This document shows positions 8,914 to 16,487 of a stretch of 64,000 nt of DNA, one piece after another. The position numbers and the translations under genes were made by a program. The DNA comes from Proteobacteria bacterium UBA5122 (GTDB lineage: Bacteria; Pseudomonadota; Gammaproteobacteria; Tenderiales; Tenderiaceae), in assembly GCA_002415485.1 (NCBI GenBank), contig DHYU01000050.1, positions 21,519 to 85,518 on the forward strand, written 5' to 3'. Position 1 is the first letter of the stretch. The number at the start of each line of letters is the position of its first letter. A model generated the notes under the pieces. The model was not told the origin of the DNA and ran no database searches. It was given only the letters and a program-made list of their open reading frames with translations.

Positions 8914-9612
8914 TTAGATATGCAAACCGCACTCTGACTTGGGCTTATCTACCCATCGACCACTGCGGTCATCACCGGGACGGGTACAGTGGGCACAGCC
9001 GATGGATGAATAACCCTGCGCCACCAGCGGGTGGAACGGCAGCGCGTGCTCCTTGATGTAGGCCTCGCGCTCTTCCTTGGTGACATCGATCAACGGATAG
9101 AATTTGATGATCTTGCCACGATATTCGAACACATCCAGCGTCGCACGGTGTTCGGTCTGCCAACGCATCAGCCCTGAAACCCAAACCCGATGCTGGGCCT
9201 TGATGCCTTGCAAAGGCTCAACCTTGTTGATGGAACAGCAGAAATCCGGATCACTCTTCCAGGTTTCATCCTTGATGGTGAATGCGTGCTTCCAGTCCTC
9301 CGGGTGTACATCTTCCACATTAAGCTTATAGAGATTACTGAGGTCGACCTTGTACTCCAGCGTCTCTTTGAAATGGAACCCGGTGTCGATGAAATGGACC
9401 TTCTGCTGTGGCGCGATGGTCGCGAATACGTGCAGCAGAAAGGCCGAGTTGGCAGCAAAAGAGGACGTCAGCATCACTTCGCTGACATCAAAGTCTTTGT
9501 ACAGCTGGGTCACACGCTCTTCGACGGATAGATCACGGTAGCGGCGATTGAGATCCTGCACCAGGGCTTCTACGTCAATTTCTGCGTTCATCTGTTCGGC
9601 TGTCGCACTCAT
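8914..9612 (-). CDS. cysH: Adenylyl-sulfate (APS)/PAPS reductase, thioredoxin-dependent, Fe-S type
   Basis: C-terminal catalytic ECGLH motif, plus the CC (DFCCSINK) and CxxC (GCAHCT) pairs that mark [4Fe-4S] APS reductases. The start is set at the ATG at 9612, which is preceded by AGGAAGG. The track start at 9633 is a TTG. Confidence 0.85.
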   Translation of the reverse strand: MSATAEQMNAEIDVEALVQDLNRRYRDLSVEERVTQLYKDFDVSEVMLTSSFAANSAFLLHVFATIAPQQKVHFIDTGFHFKETLEYKVDLSNLYKLNVEDVHPEDWKHAFTIKDETWKSDPDFCCSINKVEPLQGIKAQHRVWVSGLMRWQTEHRATLDVFEYRGKIIKFYPLIDVTKEEREAYIKEHALPFHPLVAQGYSSIGCAHCTRPGDDRSGRWVDKPKSECGLHI

Positions 9613-9790
9613 GGCGCCTTCCTGTAATTGCAAACGACAGCCCTAAAGACTGCCGTTGGGGTGACTCAAGATGGCAGCCAGTTTATACGCGAAACGTATA
9701 TCGAACAAGAATCTTTAGATTATTTTTTTATATATGGCTATATGAATTACATATATAAATGCTAGGCGTATAAAACCCATGGGTTAAACA

Positions 9791-10885
9791 CTACTCCGCG
9801 TAATCGGCCAAGCGCAGCGGCCGACGACGCGCGCCCCAATCGCCCGGCTGCGCCATAAAAACCCCGGCACAGCGGGTGCCGCAATGGTCACACCGGCCGT
9901 GTTGATCCAAATGCCACTCAGACAAACGATACCAATCGCGACCAATCAAACTCTGGCCACAGCGATGGCAATAAGTGCTCTGCCCGATCAGGTCATGCAC
10001 ATTACCGGTGTAGACATAACGAACCCCGTTATTAAGTGCGATCTCCCGTGCACGCGTCAGGGTTTCGATCGGGGTTGCGGGCACATTGCGCATCTTCCAG
10101 TCCGGGTGAAAGGCAGTAAAGTGCATCGGCACATCCGGCCCCAACTCATTCACCACCCACTTGGTCATCGCCTGCAGCTCGGCATCGCTATCGTTATGGC
10201 CAGGGATCAACAAGGTCGTCAGCTCCAACCACACCTGGGTCTGGTGTTTGATATAACGCAAGGTATCCAGCACCGGCTGCAGATGGGCACCGCAGAGTTT
10301 GAAATAGAACTCATCGGTGAAGGCCTTGAGATCGACATTGACCGCATCCATATGCTCAAAGAAGCGTTGACGGGGCTCATCGCAGATATAACCTGCTGTG
10401 ACCGCCACCGATTTGATGCCCAGCTCACGACAGGCCACGGCCGTGTCGACCGCATATTCGAGAAAGATCACCGGGTCGTTGTAGGTATAGGCGACGCTGG
10501 CACAACCGCTGTCCTTGGCGGCCTTGGCGATCAGCGCGGGCGGCGCATGATCGGCAAGAATATCCATCTCGCGCGCCTTGCTCATGTCCCAGTTCTGACA
10601 AAACTTGCAGGCCAGGTTGCAGCCCGCCGTGCCAAACGACAACACCGGGCTACCGGGCAGAAAATGGTTCAACGGTTTCTTTTCGATCGGATCGATGCAG
10701 TAGCCGCTGGAGCGGCCGTAGCTGGTCAACACGACGGCATTATTTTGGTTGGCGCGGATAAAACAAAGGCCCTGCTGGCCCTCATGCATCTTGCAGTAAC
10801 GCGGACACAGATCACACTGCACGCGGCCGTCATCCAGTCGATGCCAGTACTGCGTCTGCACCACGGTGTTTGATTGGTCGCTCAT
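9791..10885 (-). CDS. amrS: AmmeMemoRadiSam system radical SAM enzyme
   Basis: Radical SAM CxxxCxxC motif (GCNLACKFCQNW), an extra N-terminal Cys cluster (CDLCPRYCKMHEGQQGLCF) and a C-terminal CHRC..CDHCGTRC. Divergent from a MEMO1/AMMECR1 pair. Start set at the ATG at 10885 (MSDQSN...) instead of 10975. Confidence 0.8.
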   Translation of the reverse strand: MSDQSNTVVQTQYWHRLDDGRVQCDLCPRYCKMHEGQQGLCFIRANQNNAVVLTSYGRSSGYCIDPIEKKPLNHFLPGSPVLSFGTAGCNLACKFCQNWDMSKAREMDILADHAPPALIAKAAKDSGCASVAYTYNDPVIFLEYAVDTAVACRELGIKSVAVTAGYICDEPRQRFFEHMDAVNVDLKAFTDEFYFKLCGAHLQPVLDTLRYIKHQTQVWLELTTLLIPGHNDSDAELQAMTKWVVNELGPDVPMHFTAFHPDWKMRNVPATPIETLTRAREIALNNGVRYVYTGNVHDLIGQSTYCHRCGQSLIGRDWYRLSEWHLDQHGRCDHCGTRCAGVFMAQPGDWGARRRPLRLADYAE

Positions 10886-10973
10886 CCCCGGCCTCGACTG
10901 TCTGTCTAATAACCCTATACTTAATATATAGTCAGACCTTGCACCAAAACCAAGCACAGGATACGCCGCGCCC

Positions 10974-11756
10974 ATGGAGATGACCCGCCCCGCCGCCGTT
11001 GCCGGAATCTTTTATCCCACCACTGCCGATGCGCTGGCGGTGGATGTACAAAGTTTCCTCAAAGGCACACCACTGGCGGCGGCGCCCAAGGCGGTGATCG
11101 CCCCTCATGCCGGGTATATCTATTCAGGCCCGGTGGCGGGCCGGGGCTATCACACCTTGATCCCGGCCGCAGGCGTGATCACACGCGTCATTCTGTTAGG
11201 CCCATCGCATCGAGTGCCATTACTCGGCCTGGCGGCCAGCAGCGCCGACTACTTTGAAACACCGCTCGGCAAGGTCCGGCTCGATCGGCAGACCACCAGC
11301 CTGGCCCTGTCGCTGCCACAAGTGGCCCTGCTGGACCAGGCCCACGCACTGGAACACAGCCTTGAGGTCCAACTACCCTTCCTGCAAACGGTGTTGAGAG
11401 ACTTCCAGTTGTTGCCGCTGGTGGTTGGTGATGCCACTGCGGATGAGGTGGCCGAAGTGCTCGACCTGTTATGGGGCGGCGATGAAACGCTGATCGTCGT
11501 CAGCTCGGACCTGAGTCATTACCACGATTACCAAACCGCACAGCAGATGGACAGGCGCACCAGCGATGCGATCGAACAGCTCAATATCGGTCAAATCGGC
11601 CCCAACGACGCCTGCGGCTGCCGCGCAATCAACGGCCTTTTGTTACAGGCGAAACGCCTGGGCCTGCACTGCAAAACCATCGCTCTCGCCAACTCGGGCG
11701 ATACCGCAGGCTCACAGGCACAGGTTGTCGGGTATGGTGCTTATGTCTTCCTCTGA
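10974..11756 (+). CDS. amrB: MEMO1-family protein (AmmeMemoRadiSam system protein B)
   Basis: 260 aa with MEMO1 motifs APHAGYIYSG, LGPSH, SSDLSHYH and ACGC. Confidence 0.8.
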   Translation: MEMTRPAAVAGIFYPTTADALAVDVQSFLKGTPLAAAPKAVIAPHAGYIYSGPVAGRGYHTLIPAAGVITRVILLGPSHRVPLLGLAASSADYFETPLGKVRLDRQTTSLALSLPQVALLDQAHALEHSLEVQLPFLQTVLRDFQLLPLVVGDATADEVAEVLDLLWGGDETLIVVSSDLSHYHDYQTAQQMDRRTSDAIEQLNIGQIGPNDACGCRAINGLLLQAKRLGLHCKTIALANSGDTAGSQAQVVGYGAYVFL

Positions 11757-12327
11757 TACCCACACCATGCGCTTGAATCCAGAACAGCGACAACAACTGT
11801 TGGCCTTGGCACGGGAGAGCATCCGTCACGCGCTGCAACATGATGCCCCACTCCGACCTGCGCTGGCAGACTACCCGCCGCCGCTGACCGAACCTGCAGC
11901 GAGCTTTGTCACGCTCAACCTCAATCAGCAACTGCGCGGCTGCATCGGCACACTCAGCGCCTACCAGCCTCTCGTCATCGATGTCGCCACCAACGCCTAC
12001 AACGCGGCCATGCGTGATCCACGCTTCCCATCGCTCACGGCGGAGGAACTAGCGCAGGTCAAGATTCACATATCCGTACTGAGCACACCGGCACCACTGT
12101 TTGTCGATTCTGAAGAGGATCTGCTGGCCAGGCTGCGACCTGGCATTGATGGATTGATCATCCGCGATGGGGTATATCACGCAACGTTTTTACCGTCGGT
12201 GTGGCAATCCCTGCCGACTGCGGCAGACTTTGTCTCGCACCTGAAACACAAGGCCGGATTGCCAGCACACTATTGGTCCGACACTTTGGAAATCGAAACC
12301 TACCAAAGCGAGTCCTTCGGCGATTAA
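11743..12327 (+). CDS. amrA: AMMECR1-domain protein (AmmeMemoRadiSam system protein A)
   Basis: AMMECR1 hallmark motifs LRGCIGT and DPRFP. Start chosen at the ATG at 11743, which overlaps the amrB stop by 14 nt. ATGs at 11734 and 11767 are alternatives. The track start at 11566 lies deep inside amrB. Confidence 0.75.
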   Translation: MSSSDTHTMRLNPEQRQQLLALARESIRHALQHDAPLRPALADYPPPLTEPAASFVTLNLNQQLRGCIGTLSAYQPLVIDVATNAYNAAMRDPRFPSLTAEELAQVKIHISVLSTPAPLFVDSEEDLLARLRPGIDGLIIRDGVYHATFLPSVWQSLPTAADFVSHLKHKAGLPAHYWSDTLEIETYQSESFGD

Positions 12328-12334
12328 AGGATGA

Positions 12335-13270
12335 TTACCGAACACCCGGCGCAATCAAGCTCCGCGCCGTCCCCGCCACCGGGATACATTCACCGACTGA
12401 GGCTGGGCCACACACCGAGCCATCCCACCAGATCGTCTTCGACAACTTGGCACCATCGAGGCGCGCCTTCAACAGGTTTGCCCCGCGCAGATCGGCATGA
12501 GACAGATCGGCATTGCGCAGATCGGCATGCGCCAGCGAGGCCTGTCGAAAATCGACCCCCACCAACGATGCATTACTCAAATCAGAGCCCGACAAATCCG
12601 CCAGACTCAAATTACTGTACGCCAGATTGATATCACGCAAATCGCCACCGGCCAGATTTGCTGCGGTCAGATTGGCATTACGGACGCTGGCCGCCGACAA
12701 ACTCGCCCGCCCCACGCTGAGCCCGGGCATCTGACAATTGTCCCAATTCACGCCCGCTGTTGGGGGGGCCTCACAATCGCTGTCGCCTGCACCATTGTCG
12801 CTCGGCGTCAACCAAATCGCCGCTGCCACCATCCCCGTCAACAGAACCATCATTACCACCAACGGCCACTTGGACTGGCGTTCAGTCTTCATCAGTTTTT
12901 GCAGCCGCTCAGTCCGCGCCACCCGCTCTTCGATATCCTCGACCGACTCCTCCTGCCGACGATCACCTTCGCGCTGCTCAGCGGCAGTCGTCTTTTCCCG
13001 GCTGCGCCGGTCACGCGCCAGGCGCTCATCTGCAGCACGTCGCGCAGCCTCCAATCGAGCCTGCGCCTCAGGATCGGTCATATCAGCCTTCATCACCTCA
13101 GGCACCAATGCCTCCACGTCACCCAACGCAAGCCACTCCACCTTATCAAGACTGACCAAGGCAGTGGGTTTTAAGCGACCTATCAATAATGCCTGTGAGA
13201 TCGCCTTGGCTGGAAAAGGGCCAAGGATATCGTCGCCGCGCTTGGTGTACCAAAGTGTGTGTTCAGTCAT
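12335..13270 (-). CDS. Single-pass membrane protein: N-terminal GYF_2-like domain, charged coiled segment, TM helix, C-terminal pentapeptide repeats
   Basis: 311 aa. WYTKRGDDILGPFPAKAISQALLIGRL resembles GYF_2/DUF4339. TM helix is PLVVMMVLLTGMVAAAIWL. The C-terminus is a run of A(D/N)LxX pentapeptides (ANLTAANLAGGDLRDINLAYSNLSLADLSGSDLSNASL...). Confidence 0.7.
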   Translation of the reverse strand: MTEHTLWYTKRGDDILGPFPAKAISQALLIGRLKPTALVSLDKVEWLALGDVEALVPEVMKADMTDPEAQARLEAARRAADERLARDRRSREKTTAAEQREGDRRQEESVEDIEERVARTERLQKLMKTERQSKWPLVVMMVLLTGMVAAAIWLTPSDNGAGDSDCEAPPTAGVNWDNCQMPGLSVGRASLSAASVRNANLTAANLAGGDLRDINLAYSNLSLADLSGSDLSNASLVGVDFRQASLAHADLRNADLSHADLRGANLLKARLDGAKLSKTIWWDGSVCGPASVGECIPVAGTARSLIAPGVR

Positions 13271-13534
13271 CCCGATTCTGCCGCTCCATCACCGAACCTT
13301 AAGTTTACATTGCTCTAGGCAAAGGCCAATATACTTTACATCGGCTATTTAAGCGCTTGATTTAAATAATGCATTACACCTTATCCACCTCAACCTGGAG
13401 CCATCTCAAGTTTGCCGCCATTTCAGCGTCACAAAAAAGATGAAAACATACTTACCGTCACCAATCACAACGCCGATAGGTTGTATATATGACTCCATAC
13501 AGACGACTGACGGGATAATTCAACGAGATCACTG

Positions 13535-14917
13535 ATGGAAATTAATGGCCCACAACTGCCACCACAACTCACGCAAACCAGCAGTGTTGACCTGGTGAAC
13601 TGGCGTAACGGCCAGTTATTACAGGCACTGGTGATACGTGCTGCCACTTACAATCAGCAAGCACTGCTACAGATCGGCCGCCAGCAATTTGAGACTCAAA
13701 CGACCGCCCCCCTGCAAACAGGACAGCGTTTAACAGTCGAAGTCATCAAGGCCGACACCACGCCTCCCCTGCTAAAACTCCACACCCCGATCCAAGCACC
13801 GGACCAGACCATCAGCAATCAGCTCAAGATCACGTTGCCCCGGCAACTACCGATGCCACCGCTCATCAACAATCTCAACTGGCTGCAACAAACACCGCCC
13901 CAGGCCATCGCCCACATACTCCCCAGCACCGTCATAGATGCCCTGAAGACGCTGCGACAACAGCTACCCAATCGCGAGCACATCGCCACTGCCGCTGGAT
14001 TAAAAGACGCACTCAAAAACTCAGGGCTATTTTTGGAACAAAAATTGGTACAAAGCGCCCGCCCTGCGCCCACTCCTGGCAGCGCCTCGACCACAACCAA
14101 TACCAGCCAAATGCTCAATGGCGATCTCAAAACCCAACTGACACGTCTACTGACGAGCACACAACAAGAGATCAGTCGCATCGAAAACAAACCCCAGGGT
14201 AATGAGCGTTCCCTCAATGCGTTGCAGGCGCGACTGGCCACCTTGCGTCAACTGGGCAGTTTATTACAAAGACCACCTGCCACCACGGTCCGTCCATTAT
14301 CCGTCCATGCCTTGACGCCACTGTTCAGCTCAGGCCCACCACTGCTACCGGACATCAACGACAATAAACAGACACAACTGCGCGGCCCCGCTTCTCGCGG
14401 AACAGCTAGCCCGATAGCGACCCTCGCCTTTCAGGCCAGTGTTTTGATGATTTTGAAGGAACTCGCCCGACAAACCGAAGGCGCCTTGGCGCGTGTTCGA
14501 TTGAATCAATTGAATGCACTGCCCACCCAGGAGCAACCCAACCCACCGTTGTTATTCGAAGTACCCATACGACACAATGAGACGATTCGTCCGATATCAT
14601 TGCGCGTGGAGGAAGAACAGCGGCAACAAACTGGGGAAGAGGAACATCACCAACGTCACACGGTACATCTATCACTCGACCTCGAAAATCTCGGCCCATT
14701 GCACGCCCGTGTCTCGTTAATCAATGAAAAGATTCTAGTGACCATGTGGGCCGAACGTACCGAGACACTCACCATAATTTCTAAACATCTACACGAACTA
14801 CACCAGCGCCTGCGTGAAGCAGGGATTCAACTGGACCCGATACAGTGTCTACAAGGCACACCACCCGAAACGACCGGAAAAACCACGCAACGACTGACAC
14901 TCAACGAAAAAGCATGA
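13535..14917 (+). CDS. FliK-like protein (flagellar hook-length control protein C-terminal domain), second copy
   Basis: 460 aa, Q/P/T-rich. The C-terminal segment HTVHLSLDLENLGPLHARVSLINEKILVTMWAE...LHQRLREAGIQLD has the same pattern as the C-terminus of the canonical FliK at 35526..36839. Confidence 0.6.
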   Translation: MEINGPQLPPQLTQTSSVDLVNWRNGQLLQALVIRAATYNQQALLQIGRQQFETQTTAPLQTGQRLTVEVIKADTTPPLLKLHTPIQAPDQTISNQLKITLPRQLPMPPLINNLNWLQQTPPQAIAHILPSTVIDALKTLRQQLPNREHIATAAGLKDALKNSGLFLEQKLVQSARPAPTPGSASTTTNTSQMLNGDLKTQLTRLLTSTQQEISRIENKPQGNERSLNALQARLATLRQLGSLLQRPPATTVRPLSVHALTPLFSSGPPLLPDINDNKQTQLRGPASRGTASPIATLAFQASVLMILKELARQTEGALARVRLNQLNALPTQEQPNPPLLFEVPIRHNETIRPISLRVEEEQRQQTGEEEHHQRHTVHLSLDLENLGPLHARVSLINEKILVTMWAERTETLTIISKHLHELHQRLREAGIQLDPIQCLQGTPPETTGKTTQRLTLNEKA

Positions 14918-15204
14918 AACATACACATGACAAACCGAAAAAGGCCGTTGCTCTGGAATGGGACGGGTTCACCGCACCCAAGGTGACTGCAAAAGGAAGT
15001 GGTGAGCTGGCGGAACAGATCCTGGCGATTGCGCGAGCACACGATATTCCGCTGCAAGAAAATACGCCTCTCGTGGAACTGTTATCACAGCTGGACCTGG
15101 GCGATGAGATTCCGGAGACATTGTACGTCGCCGTTGCACAAATCATTGCCTTCGCTTACTACCTATCTGAGCGCTATTCAGTGATGAAAGATACAGAAGC
15201 GTAA
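14914..15204 (+). CDS. Free-standing FlhB C-terminal-domain-like protein (EscU/YscU/FlhB cytoplasmic fragment, no NPTH, no TM)
   Basis: 96 aa. The ATG at 14914 overlaps the upstream stop (ATGA). Aligns by eye with in-window FlhB residues just after NPTH (APxVxAKG, IA, DxPL, EIPExLYxAVAQxxAF). Confidence 0.7.
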   Translation: MKHTHDKPKKAVALEWDGFTAPKVTAKGSGELAEQILAIARAHDIPLQENTPLVELLSQLDLGDEIPETLYVAVAQIIAFAYYLSERYSVMKDTEA

Positions 15205-15222
15205 GTTACAACGACGGGGCGT

Positions 15223-15606
15223 TTAGCTACTCACTCCATGCAAACGTTGCAACAATTCTGCCTCTTCACGCGTCAACCCACAGCGCTGCATGATTTCATC
15301 AATCCCTGCTCCTTCGCGCAGTAATTCAATGGCCTGACTGTAATGCTGACCTGAGACATCGTGCTCATCGAGTTTTTCCTGCCGGTCAGACAGATTGTGC
15401 ATACGCTTTTCAATCCGAGCCAAATGGCCGCCAACGCCAGCAGCACCTGCATACAAGGCCTTTACATCCTGCTCAACTGCGGCCAAACGCGATGTTTGTT
15501 CTGCTAACTGCTGCTGAGCAATCTGCAACTTACGACCAAGCAATATCACCAATCCCAGCGCAATGCTGGCCAATACCACGGCGACTATAGAAATAACACT
15601 ATCCAT
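15223..15606 (-). CDS. DUF2802-like protein (conserved last gene of polar-flagellar che/mot clusters)
   Basis: 127 aa with an N-terminal TM helix, a coiled segment and a C-terminal helix-turn-helix-like GIDEIMQRCGLTREEAELL. Occupies the same position as the gene after cheW in Pseudomonas. Confidence 0.6.
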   Translation of the reverse strand: MDSVISIVAVVLASIALGLVILLGRKLQIAQQQLAEQTSRLAAVEQDVKALYAGAAGVGGHLARIEKRMHNLSDRQEKLDEHDVSGQHYSQAIELLREGAGIDEIMQRCGLTREEAELLQRLHGVSS

Positions 15607-15623
15607 TCGCTAGAACCCCGACA

Positions 15624-15815
15624 TCACACATATTCATCAATGCGCGGATGACCACCGTCATCTTTCTTTTTATCTTCATCTTTGGCCGTTTGCTCGCGAA
15701 AGGGACGGTTTCGTCGACGACGCTCACCTTCAGACTCCTCTTCAGATTCTATACGACGGCCTGGGCGTTGCGGCCAGATCGGCGGCAACGGGCCGTTGAT
15801 ATCGAAATCCGCCAT
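15624..15815 (-). CDS. Small highly charged hypothetical protein (63 aa)
   Basis: The ATG at 15815 is preceded by AGAGGGG. The sequence is P/R/E/K/D-rich with no recognisable family. Coding status is uncertain. Confidence 0.3.
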   Translation of the reverse strand: MADFDINGPLPPIWPQRPGRRIESEEESEGERRRRNRPFREQTAKDEDKKKDDGGHPRIDEYV

Positions 15816-15890
15816 GTTGCACCCCTCTTTTGTTTCCATTGCAAAAGAGCATACAACATTTGACGAATTATTATAGAGCTCAAACAAACA

Positions 15891-15910
15891 GGGGCGCCTG
15901 ACGGCGCCCC
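15891..15910 (-). terminator. Rho-independent terminator after cheW
   Basis: Perfect 8-bp GC stem GGGGCGCC, loop, GGCGCCCC, lying 25 nt after the cheW stop and followed on the minus strand by TGTTTGTTTG. Confidence 0.7.
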
Positions 15911-15935
15911 CGAAGAGGATAACAATGAGTCGCGA

Positions 15936-16412
15936 TTAAAGGGCAGAAAACTCTTGCCACTCTTCCTCGGTCAGTAATTTATCAAGATCCACCAGGATCA
16001 GTAGCCCCTCGTCCCGGTTGGCAACCCCTTGGATATAACGCGAGCTTTCTTCATTGCCGACATTGGGTGCCTGATCGATCTCGGACTGCTTGAGGTAGAC
16101 GACCTCGGCGACACTGTCGACCAAAATCCCCACTACCTGTTCACCGGCCTCAATGATCACGATACGGGTCGCATCATCTGCCTCTTTCTCACACAGACGG
16201 AAACGACGCCGCGTATCCATCACGGTGACAACATTACCACGTAGATTAATGATCCCCAGCACATAATCAGGCGCCCCGGGGACAGGTGCAATCTCCGTCA
16301 TGCGCAGTACCTCTTGTACTTGCATAACATTCACACCATAGGTTTCATCCGCCAACCGAAAAGTCACCCACTGGGTCACCGGATTATTTTCAACATTTTC
16401 CTTTTGTTTCAT
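15936..16412 (-). CDS. cheW: Chemotaxis coupling protein CheW
   Basis: Single CheW domain (VTFRLADETYGVNVMQVQEV...INLRGNVVTV). The ATG at 16412 is preceded by GGGAG. The track start at 16433 adds 7 codons. Confidence 0.9.
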   Translation of the reverse strand: MKQKENVENNPVTQWVTFRLADETYGVNVMQVQEVLRMTEIAPVPGAPDYVLGIINLRGNVVTVMDTRRRFRLCEKEADDATRIVIIEAGEQVVGILVDSVAEVVYLKQSEIDQAPNVGNEESSRYIQGVANRDEGLLILVDLDKLLTEEEWQEFSAL

Positions 16413-16487
16413 TGTTAGCTCCCGCAACGCCAACCGCGCCTTTTTACCACCACGCCGACTGGTTTATCATCCTAAAAGTAATCCGTG

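Noticed and set aside
9773-9784. The 12-bp palindrome AACCCATGGGTT just after the amrS stop
   Set aside because: It is too short, has essentially no loop and no T tract. It is not a convincing terminator or operator on its own.
9884-10873. 329-aa plus-strand ORF
   Set aside because: It is antisense to the radical SAM gene, whose CxxxCxxC motif fixes the true frame.
12497-13352. Several 130-225-aa plus-strand ORFs
   Set aside because: They are antisense to the pentapeptide-repeat gene. The periodic repeat DNA keeps several frames open, and the products are low-complexity.
13472-13479. GCCGATAG (sigma28 -10-like) 56 nt upstream of the FliK-like gene
   Set aside because: There is no TAAA at the -35 position. 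The sequence there is ATACTTAC. It is worth a PWM or TSS check, but it is not supportable as a promoter from sequence alone.
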